A program made the translations under genes and the position numbers. Positions 15,976 through 23,071 of a stretch of 32,000 bases of DNA are shown piece by piece; position 1 is the stretch's first letter, and each line of letters starts with the position of its first letter. The notes under the pieces are model-generated. The model saw nothing but the letters and a program-made list of their open reading frames with translations. It had not been told where the DNA came from and did no database searches. Origin of the DNA: Pyrobaculum aerophilum str. IM2 (GTDB lineage Archaea > Thermoproteota > Thermoprotei > Thermoproteales > Thermoproteaceae); the NCBI RefSeq assembly GCF_000007225.1, contig NC_003364.1:1560001-1592000 (forward strand), written 5' to 3'.

Positions 15976-17330
15976 AGGTGGTAGTAGTTGGGGGAGGCCC
16001 CGCGGGATACGTGGCCGCGATAAGAGCCAGACAGCTAGGCCTAGACGTAACGCTGGTAGAGGCTGAGCGCTTAGGGGGCGAGTGCACTAATTACGCCTGC
16101 ATCCCATCAAAGGCTTTACTACACGCAGCCGAGGCGTATAGACGCGCCGTGTCGTCGCCGTGGATTACAGGCACAGTCTCATTCCGTTGGAAAGAGGCAG
16201 TTCAGTGGAAGGAAAAAGTGGTGGAGAAGCTGAGGCGCGGTATAGAGTTTTTACTATCAGCGGCTGGGGTGGAGGTGGTGCGCGGCTTAGCCAAGCCAGG
16301 GCCCGGCAAGACTGTGGAGATAGACGGGCGGAGGTTGCAGTACGACTTCCTCATACTCGCCACGGGGAGCGAGCCCGTGGGGCTGAAGGAGTTGCCCTTC
16401 GGGAGGCGGGTAATAGGGACAAGGGAGATTTTCTCCCTTGAGGAGCCCCCCGCCTCAGTGGCCATAATTGGCGGCGGGGCATCCGGCGTGGAAATCGCCT
16501 CCCTCTTCTCCATGATAGGCGCTGAGGTACACGTGGTAGAGGCCATGGAGAGAATCCTCCCAGGGCTTGACCCCGAGATTTCGCGGCAAATGGAGAGGGC
16601 ATTATCCAGCAGAGGGGTTAAGATTTACACCTCCAGCAGAGTGGTAAAGGGGGAGGAGGGGGAAGGCTCCGTGAAGCTGAGGATCTCATCCCCCGGCGGC
16701 GAGCGGGAAATTGAGGCGGAGCTGGCGGTAGTGGCCGTGGGGAGGCGCCCAAGGCCCGGCCCCTTCAGTGCCATGGGGCTTGAGGTGGACGGCAGAGGCG
16801 CCGTGAGAGTGGACGAGAGCATGAGGACCAGCGTCCCGTGGGTTTTCGCCGCCGGCGACGTGACAGGCCCGCCGTATTTTGCCCACAAGGCCTACGCACA
16901 AGCCAAGGTAGCCGCCGAGGCTATCGCCGGCTTGAAGTCCGCATACAGCCCCAGGTCTGTGCCGGCGGTTATCTTCAGCGACCCTGAGGTGGTGTCCGTG
17001 GGCATGACGGAGGAGGAGGCAGTGGCAAAAGGCTATAGGCCTAAGGCGGTGAGGATGAGCCTCTCGGCGTTGGGAAAGGCCGTCGCCGCAGAGTCAGAGG
17101 GGGGCTTTGCGAAATTAATATACGACGCAGAAAGCCGTATAATTCTCGGCGTTCACATAGTCGGGAGGGGCGTTTCTGAGCTGGCGGGGGAGGCCTCAGC
17201 GCTGGTGGAGTTCTACGCCACTGTGGACGACTTGGCTTTGACAATACACCCCCACCCAACGCTCTCGGAGCTATTCGCCGAGCTTGCTGAGGCGGCTTTA
17301 GGCAAGCCGGTGCATATAGCGAAGTTATGA
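15972..17330 (+). CDS. lpdA: dihydrolipoamide dehydrogenase (E3)
   Basis: FAD fold VVVVGGGPAGYVAA; redox-active disulfide GGECTNYACIPSK; NAD fold AIIGGGASGVE; C-terminal HPHPTLSE His-Glu motif. ATGA overlap with E2. Confidence 0.9.
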   Translation: MKVVVVGGGPAGYVAAIRARQLGLDVTLVEAERLGGECTNYACIPSKALLHAAEAYRRAVSSPWITGTVSFRWKEAVQWKEKVVEKLRRGIEFLLSAAGVEVVRGLAKPGPGKTVEIDGRRLQYDFLILATGSEPVGLKELPFGRRVIGTREIFSLEEPPASVAIIGGGASGVEIASLFSMIGAEVHVVEAMERILPGLDPEISRQMERALSSRGVKIYTSSRVVKGEEGEGSVKLRISSPGGEREIEAELAVVAVGRRPRPGPFSAMGLEVDGRGAVRVDESMRTSVPWVFAAGDVTGPPYFAHKAYAQAKVAAEAIAGLKSAYSPRSVPAVIFSDPEVVSVGMTEEEAVAKGYRPKAVRMSLSALGKAVAAESEGGFAKLIYDAESRIILGVHIVGRGVSELAGEASALVEFYATVDDLALTIHPHPTLSELFAELAEAALGKPVHIAKL

Positions 17331-18001
17331 AAATCCTGTGGATTGGGAGGACTCAATACGCCGAGGCTTGGCGGCTGATGAAATCTCTACACTGCGCCGT
17401 GGCCCAAGGCCTTACAGGCGATATAGCCCTAGTCACAGAACACGAGCCGGTGGTCACGGTGGGGAAACACGGTAGGTTAAACAACGTGATTAAATGGGAT
17501 GTGCCAGTATATCTGGTGGAGAGAGGGGGAGACGCCACATACCACGGCCCGGGACAGGCCGTTGTGTACCCAATAGTGGCTTTGAGATGGCCCCTTAAGC
17601 GTTATATAGACGCCATCGAAGACGCCGTTATTAAAACCCTGGGGACATACGGCATTTTGGCCGGCAAAAAACAGGGCCATAGGGGAGTGTGGGTGGGGGA
17701 TAGGAAAATAGCCAGTATTGGAATTGCCGTTGAGAACAACGTCGCCTATCACGGCGTTGCCATCAACGTGACTATTGACCCGAGGGAATTCGCCAGGATT
17801 AACCCATGCGGCTTGCCGGCGTCCACAATGATCTCAATGAAAGAACTGGGCGTAGTTGCCGAGGTGAGAGACGTGGGTATAGAAACGGCGAAAAAATTGG
17901 CACTGGAGTTGGGGCTGACGCCAGAGTTGATATCAAAGCCGCCGGAAGTGCCGCAAGTGGCTGAGGAGCTAAAGCCGGTAAGAGTTGCAATAAACGCCTG
18001 A
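17327..18001 (+). CDS. lipB: octanoyl/lipoyl transferase
   Basis: Motifs RGGDATYHGPGQ, catalytic Lys context RKIASIG, and catalytic Cys context NPCGL. ATGA overlap with E3. Confidence 0.85.
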   Translation: MKILWIGRTQYAEAWRLMKSLHCAVAQGLTGDIALVTEHEPVVTVGKHGRLNNVIKWDVPVYLVERGGDATYHGPGQAVVYPIVALRWPLKRYIDAIEDAVIKTLGTYGILAGKKQGHRGVWVGDRKIASIGIAVENNVAYHGVAINVTIDPREFARINPCGLPASTMISMKELGVVAEVRDVGIETAKKLALELGLTPELISKPPEVPQVAEELKPVRVAINA

Positions 18002-18061
18002 GGGCGCGTATTTAAAAGTGTATTTCAATAAAAATTTATATGAGGAAAAACGTTTTTTCAC

Positions 18062-18307
18062 ATGGACATCGTGGCCACCTATCAGTTTTCCAAAGACGAC
18101 TCTTGTCACAAACTTGGGCTAAAACACCCAGTTTATACAGTATTGGAAAAACTCAAACAACTAGCCCCTGGACAGGGCATTGAGGTTATAACAGACGATT
18201 TCGACTGGGCGCTGACTATGGAGATAATCGCAAAGGGGGCTAACTACGGCGTGATTAGAGAAAGCCGCGGAGGACTCGCCAGAGTTGTGATCTACCGCTT
18301 ACAGTGA
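18062..18307 (+). CDS. TusA/SirA-fold small protein lacking the canonical catalytic Cys (Cys to His)
   Basis: 81 aa. LGLKHPVYTVLEKLKQLAPGQGIEVITDD aligns by eye with E. coli TusA [31 protein letters not shown], placing His where the Cys should be. The only Cys lies 7 residues upstream (DDSCHKLGL). It has its own TATA-like box (around 18031-18040) about 26 nt upstream. Confidence 0.55.
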   Translation: MDIVATYQFSKDDSCHKLGLKHPVYTVLEKLKQLAPGQGIEVITDDFDWALTMEIIAKGANYGVIRESRGGLARVVIYRLQ

Positions 18308-18534
18308 TAGAACTTTGTAAAAACGGAAGAGAGGGCTGTTAACAAGGGCGTTCTTGCTTTAAATCCGTTCTAGAAACTCCACAATTTATGGACGTTACAT
18401 TATTTTAACGAAGCGGGAGTACACAGTGGCCGGGAGATATGCGAATAAGCCTATTTGTAATGTAAGACAAGCAATTAACTGCAGATATCACTATCATTAC
18501 GTCATGGCAGACACCTCGGAGGCCGGCTAATTGT

Positions 18535-18550
18535 AAAAGATATATATTTT
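18535..18550 (+). promoter_or_regulatory. TATA-like box (aaaagatatatatttt) about 25 nt upstream of the GTG at 18568
   Basis: Position and composition only. The GTG start is supported by N-terminal alignment with the paralog at 10611. Confidence 0.4.
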
Positions 18551-18567
18551 TCAATTTTTGTTTTTTT

Positions 18568-19128
18568 GTGTATAAGCTTTCACACAGTGGTAAACTGGTG
18601 CTTATGTATATGGCCTGGAGGCATTTAATATGCGGATTTGATTACGTCACTGTTAAAGACATGGTGTCTGATTTAGAGATTCCCGAAAGGACAGTACGCA
18701 AAATCCTCGCCCAGTTGAGAGACGCGGGGCTTTTAGAAATGAGGACGTCTGGCAGGCGGATTAAATACCGCCTCTTATTTCAAAATTTCAGCTTAGACGC
18801 CTCTGAGGTGGAGCCAGGTGTTTATCTGCTGGATATCCCAGCCGAGGTGAGAATACCCGGCGACTTGACGTTCAGAGCCTTTTCAATTCTCAGATCGGCG
18901 CGCCTCTTAATTTACACAGCCAGTCATGCGGATAAAAAGGCCTTGTTTAAACTGGCGCGTTGCACTTGTAGTATAAAGCCCTATTCAGAAGACGCGATTG
19001 AAGAGGCGAGGGGAGTTGCCAGTTTGGGATACGTGGCTGTTGTGGTCTACGACTCCCGCAGAGATGAGATACACATCCCCAACTCAAAACCGCTGTCAAC
19101 AGTGTATATAAATATTAAACATTCTTAA
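18568..19128 (+). CDS. winged-helix DNA-binding protein fused to a tetrapyrrole-methylase/RsmI-like N-terminal subdomain (paralog 2)
   Basis: 186 aa, collinear with 10611..11180: KLVLMYMAWRHL, ERTVRKILAQLRDAGLLE, VEPGVYLLDIPAEVRIPGDLTFRAFSILRSARLLIY, RCTCSIKPYSED. Confidence 0.6.
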   Translation: MYKLSHSGKLVLMYMAWRHLICGFDYVTVKDMVSDLEIPERTVRKILAQLRDAGLLEMRTSGRRIKYRLLFQNFSLDASEVEPGVYLLDIPAEVRIPGDLTFRAFSILRSARLLIYTASHADKKALFKLARCTCSIKPYSEDAIEEARGVASLGYVAVVVYDSRRDEIHIPNSKPLSTVYINIKHS

Positions 19129-19148
19129 GTAAATATCGAAAATTATAT

Positions 19149-20018
19149 GTGGAGATCGAACTACTCCTGAAGGGGTTGTGGACGAGGGACGGGGCGGGGG
19201 TGAGGCTGTACAGAGTATTCGGCGATCCCACGCTGGCTGAGCTGACAGATCCATTTCTACTACTTGATCATTTCGGCTCCCGATATCCCCATGAGTATTT
19301 GGCGGGATTTCCCTGGCATCCCCACAGGGGGATTCAGACAATAACCTACCTCCTGAAAGGCGAGGTTCACCACGAGGACTCAGAGGGGAATAGGGGGGTG
19401 TTGGGCCCGGGGGATCTCCAGTGGATGAACGCGGGCTCTGGCATTTTCCACTCAGAGATGCCTAGGCCTTATAGGCAAGACCCGGAGGTCTCGGGCTTTC
19501 AGCTGTGGGTAAACTTGCCTAGGGCGAAAAAAATGTCCGATCCCTTCTATAAAAACTTAAAGAGCGGCTCTATGCCCAAGCTGAGGACAGATGAGGGGGC
19601 CACAGTGAGGCTTATATCGGGGAGGCTCAGAGAGCCCGGCACCGGCGTGGTGGAGGGGCCTGTTAAAGAGTTGCCAATTCCCGTGATTTATATGGACGTG
19701 GAGCTGCCCGCGGGGGTTGAATTCGCCTTTGAAGTAGAGGAGGGCTGGAGGACTCTGGTATATAACTTCGGAGGCCCGGCAGTTGTGCAAAAAAAGCGAA
19801 TTGAGGATAAAAGCCTCGTAATAATGTCCACAGACGGCGGAGTGCTCACTGTGCGCGGGCCCACGCGCTTTCTATTACTCTCCGGCAGACCTATAGGTGA
19901 GCCCATTGCGTGGAGGGGGCCAATTGTAATGAATACGTGGGAGGAGATAAGACAAGCTTTTTTAGAGCTAGAGAGGGGCACCTTCATTAAGAAAAGAGCC
20001 TCTGTGGAGGATATATGA
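19149..20018 (+). CDS. pirin-family bicupin protein
   Basis: Motif HPHRGIQTITYLLKGEVHHEDSEGN (the pirin metal-binding His cluster). The 289-aa size is typical. GTG start. Confidence 0.85.
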   Translation: MEIELLLKGLWTRDGAGVRLYRVFGDPTLAELTDPFLLLDHFGSRYPHEYLAGFPWHPHRGIQTITYLLKGEVHHEDSEGNRGVLGPGDLQWMNAGSGIFHSEMPRPYRQDPEVSGFQLWVNLPRAKKMSDPFYKNLKSGSMPKLRTDEGATVRLISGRLREPGTGVVEGPVKELPIPVIYMDVELPAGVEFAFEVEEGWRTLVYNFGGPAVVQKKRIEDKSLVIMSTDGGVLTVRGPTRFLLLSGRPIGEPIAWRGPIVMNTWEEIRQAFLELERGTFIKKRASVEDI

Positions 20019-20812
20019 TACTCATCGCCACTGAAGACGGCGTGTACGACCTCAGTGGAAAAAGGCGGTGTTGCAAGGGGAAAGAGGTGTACGACCTCCT
20101 CGAGGATTACTTCTGCGCTTGGGAGGGGGTGTACAAACTGCCAACAGAGGAGAAGATAGAGGGGAGATCTTGCTGGCGCCTCGTGAAGGCAGAGGACAGG
20201 ATATACGCCTCTATAGAGGGGCCTGTCCTCCTCGATTTGCACAGAGGGAGGGAGATAGATCTCAGCCGTTTTGCCAAGGAGCTGGGCTGGCACTTCCCCC
20301 ACGGCCCCCCGCACATAACTGACGTAACGCGTTTTAAAGAGGAGTGGATTGTTGCAGTGGAGGTGGGCCATATGCTGGCCGGTCCCAGCTTAGAGGAGCT
20401 AAAGCCCCTGGGATTTAAACACGACCAGCACAACCTCCTCCCCCATGGCCGTTTCCTACTAGTCGCCACGGCCGCCGGCATTTATTACACGGCGGATTTA
20501 TCCAATTTTGCCTTTGCCGAGGGCAGCGCCGGCTACGCACACGCCCTCCTTTACTGCAGAGGGCGGCTGTACAGCCACGTTATGAAAAATACTCCAATAA
20601 TTGAAAGCGCAGACGGCAGACAGTGGCGTAATCTCGACATTATTAAGCTTCCCCCGCCCACATTCGGCACCACGGCGCTGGGGTGTTATAACGCGGAGTT
20701 GATATACTCAACCACATCTACTTATGTAATACGCGATGGAGATCGCGATGTAATATTAAAAGGGCATCCAATGACCAAGAGGGTAATAGTGGAGGGGAGT
20801 AAATTCCTCTAG
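20015..20812 (+). CDS. hypothetical protein, possibly beta-propeller/BNR-like
   Basis: 265 aa with an ATGA overlap with the pirin stop. One Asp-box-like motif, SADGRQW. The large antisense ORF 19688..20371 is judged a shadow ORF. Confidence 0.55.
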   Translation: MILIATEDGVYDLSGKRRCCKGKEVYDLLEDYFCAWEGVYKLPTEEKIEGRSCWRLVKAEDRIYASIEGPVLLDLHRGREIDLSRFAKELGWHFPHGPPHITDVTRFKEEWIVAVEVGHMLAGPSLEELKPLGFKHDQHNLLPHGRFLLVATAAGIYYTADLSNFAFAEGSAGYAHALLYCRGRLYSHVMKNTPIIESADGRQWRNLDIIKLPPPTFGTTALGCYNAELIYSTTSTYVIRDGDRDVILKGHPMTKRVIVEGSKFL

Positions 20813-20909
20813 CTAAAGACTTGTGCCGACGGTTATTAACCCTTTTCTACTCCTACGCCGTTGTAAACTTTCTTTTGTGGACACATACCCTACCTGTCCT
20901 ATAGCTTTG

Positions 20910-20914
20910 AAAAA
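20910..20914 (-). terminator. T5 run on the minus strand about 20 nt downstream of the fdhE-like stop
   Basis: Oligo-T tract in the convergent intergenic region 20813-20932. Plus-strand T runs also follow the gene that ends at 20812. Confidence 0.3.
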
Positions 20915-20932
20915 GGCATGAGAGGTTTTTTA

Positions 20933-21493
20933 TTACCCTAATTTTGATAGGAGTAGTTGTATTTTCACGTGAATTAGTTGTATACTGACGGCGGGGTCTT
21001 CTACCTCGCCGAAGAGGTGGCCGCAGCCCTTGCATTTTAATATCTTGACATCGTCTAAAAGGTATACGTCAAAGTGTTCCCTGCCCTCTACTCCGCATTT
21101 AGGACACTTCCATGGCTTATAGCTCCACGCAGATCCGCATACGCACCTTGCCTCAGTAGCGTATCCTTGGTATATGCCTGTGTCCACCTTTTTCAAAACC
21201 ACTAGGGTGGCTGGGCCTCCGCAGATAGAACATAGGCCTCGCCACTCGCCGCCGCCGTATTTAAAATACAGTGTCCTTCTAATAAAATAGTCCACAAAGC
21301 CCTCAGGCACATATCTACGCGCCGAGGCCTTAGCTGTTTCTAAGTCTATGCCTTTTATCAACGGCTTTGTGTCTATTGCCTCAATGTCAAAACTACGGGC
21401 TAATCTGTCAACATATTCTAAAAAAGAGGGGAGTTCTTTAATTTCTTCTAGGCACTCCTTATCCTCGCCGCAAATTGCTCTATCTAAGTCCAC
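20933..21493 (-). CDS. fdhE: FdhE-like formate dehydrogenase accessory protein (short form)
   Basis: 186 aa with four Cys pairs: CSICGG, CVCG, CPKCG and CKGCGH, in FdhE-like order and spacing. It is the last gene of the FDH-like operon. GTG start overlapping the upstream gene by 14 nt. Confidence 0.65.
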   Translation of the reverse strand: MDLDRAICGEDKECLEEIKELPSFLEYVDRLARSFDIEAIDTKPLIKGIDLETAKASARRYVPEGFVDYFIRRTLYFKYGGGEWRGLCSICGGPATLVVLKKVDTGIYQGYATEARCVCGSAWSYKPWKCPKCGVEGREHFDVYLLDDVKILKCKGCGHLFGEVEDPAVSIQLIHVKIQLLLSKLG

Positions 21494-22184
21494 GTCTAGC
21501 CAAGTATTTAGGCATGTGTTTTTGAACCCAGCTTAATTCGGCCTTTCCATCGCCGAACATAGCCACCAGTAGCGGCCTATTACTTGGGTGAGTCACGGCG
21601 AATAAATGAAATGCCACAAAGAGCAGGCCCAGGGCAAAGCCTATGTCGTGTAGTAAGACTAGCCACGATGCGGTGGCGGCTGATATGCCGAGCGCGTCTT
21701 TATATACTAACAAGACGCCGCTTGCGCTCAAGAAGATAATAGAGATAAATAGCAATATGGCCATATAGGAGACTAGGACGTTATGTCTCTCCAGCTCTTT
21801 CTCCACGTCGGGCGGTAGCGGCCTCCCCGTGAGATAATGCCTAATTAGCGCCTTGGCCTCCGCCATTTGTTTGCTGAGCGGCCGCGCCAGGGGTTTGAAA
21901 ATCTCAACTCTCCTAAAGGCCAGGAGGTATATGCCGTAAGTTATGAGGAGGGCTCCCCATATGAAGCCAATAAACCTGTGACTTGTACGCAAAAGCTGGA
22001 CGCCTGCAGTAACTGGGTCAGTGCCTAATACAGTGGACAGCGGCGAGCCTATTATATAGGCGAACCAACTAGTCACTTCTATGCTGAATAAAACCCCGCC
22101 TGTTATTGCCAATACAGTAAATAATAATAAATTCCAGTGATGGACTATTTTATATCCTATACTTATAATTTCAATTTTATCCAT
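21480..22184 (-). CDS. cytochrome b-type membrane subunit (FdnI-like gamma subunit)
   Basis: 234 aa, about 4-5 TM helices with candidate heme-ligand His residues (VHHWNLLLF, SHRFIGF, LLHDIGFALGLLFVAFHLF). It follows the FeS subunit. Confidence 0.7.
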   Translation of the reverse strand: MDKIEIISIGYKIVHHWNLLLFTVLAITGGVLFSIEVTSWFAYIIGSPLSTVLGTDPVTAGVQLLRTSHRFIGFIWGALLITYGIYLLAFRRVEIFKPLARPLSKQMAEAKALIRHYLTGRPLPPDVEKELERHNVLVSYMAILLFISIIFLSASGVLLVYKDALGISAATASWLVLLHDIGFALGLLFVAFHLFAVTHPSNRPLLVAMFGDGKAELSWVQKHMPKYLARRGLR

Positions 22185-22220
22185 GTAAAAATATAGGGTC
22201 TTAATTTAAAAATTTTTCTT

Positions 22221-23069
22221 TTATTTAGTCCCAGCCTCTTCCTTTTCCTCTTTTCTGCGCTGGCGCCAAGCCGCTATGCCGGCTATCGTCAAACCCACGG
22301 CCAGCAACGCCCCTCCGTATAAAGTCAGCGGCTTTAACACCTCTCTTATTTGTTGTGCAGCCCGCGGGCTTGCGTTAGAGAAGTGTTGCTTAACCGCAAA
22401 GGCCCTCCTATCCGATGTCACATATATCCAACGGACTGAGCCGCCAACATAATCGTTTACCTCAAGCCCGTAGACATATCTTCCGCGCCTCTGCTCTTCC
22501 CTTGCCTTGGCTATAACTTCGCTAGCTGGGCCAAATGTGAACACATTCGTTGGACATACCTCTACGCACGCAGGAGCGCGGCCGTTTTGAATCCTATCTA
22601 CACAGAAAGTACACTTGTAGTATCTTCCATCAGATCCCTTCTTGGGGACGTCATATGGACAGGCGGCTTCGCAGTATCCACATCCTATACACTCTTCTTT
22701 ATTTATAACGACTGCCCCCTCGCCAGTGACTTTAATCGCACCGACGGGACAAGCCCTGGCGCACGGGGCAGCGGCGCAGTGCATACAATTGTACGGCAAG
22801 GGCGCCAATTCAAACTGGCTGAAAGTCACTTCTCCAGCAGGCGTCATTAACTTCTTGCCAGTTTTGCCCTCATAGAAGAACACAACCTTCCAGTCCTCCG
22901 CCGTGAGCCATTTAGGCAACGTGAGAGATCCCGCAAACTCCGTCTTAACCGCCGGCCTTCCGTTCCAGTCTTTACAAGCCACTTGGCAAGCGCGGCATCC
23001 AATACACTTGTCTATATCCACAAGCACCGCGACTCCTTCGTTGGGCTTGGGGAAGGTCAGGGACACCAT
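22221..23069 (-). CDS. 4Fe-4S ferredoxin-type electron-transfer subunit (FdnH-like beta subunit) with C-terminal TM anchor
   Basis: Four Cys clusters: CIGCRACQVAC, CMHCAAAPCARACP, CIGCGYCEAACP and CTFCVDRIQNGRAPACVEVCP. C-terminal helix LTLYGGALLAVGLTIAGIAAW. The start is set at the ATG at 23069, 2 nt after the alpha-subunit stop; the ORF-track start at 23108 is a TTG inside the alpha gene. Confidence 0.85.
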   Translation of the reverse strand: MVSLTFPKPNEGVAVLVDIDKCIGCRACQVACKDWNGRPAVKTEFAGSLTLPKWLTAEDWKVVFFYEGKTGKKLMTPAGEVTFSQFELAPLPYNCMHCAAAPCARACPVGAIKVTGEGAVVINKEECIGCGYCEAACPYDVPKKGSDGRYYKCTFCVDRIQNGRAPACVEVCPTNVFTFGPASEVIAKAREEQRRGRYVYGLEVNDYVGGSVRWIYVTSDRRAFAVKQHFSNASPRAAQQIREVLKPLTLYGGALLAVGLTIAGIAAWRQRRKEEKEEAGTK

Positions 23070-23071
23070 AG

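Noticed and set aside
18308-18567. 260-bp lower-GC spacer after the TusA-fold gene, with an imperfect hairpin (AACGGA 18322-18327 / TCCGTT 18364-18369)
   Set aside because: I could find no tRNA-like, C/D-box or other RNA signature. The stem is short and interrupted. The 3' third is adequately explained as the promoter of the 18568 gene. It may still hold an sRNA, but I cannot support one.
19688-20371. 227-aa minus-strand ORF spanning the pirin / 265-aa gene junction
   Set aside because: It lies antisense to two well-supported plus-strand genes (pirin motifs, ATGA coupling). Its sequence is Pro/Ser/Leu-rich and low in complexity, typical of shadow ORFs in GC-rich coding DNA.
20853-21035. 60-aa minus-strand ORF overlapping the fdhE-like 3' end
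   Set aside because: It is Arg/Pro/Thr-rich, overlaps the better-supported FdhE-like frame, and extends into the convergent terminator region.
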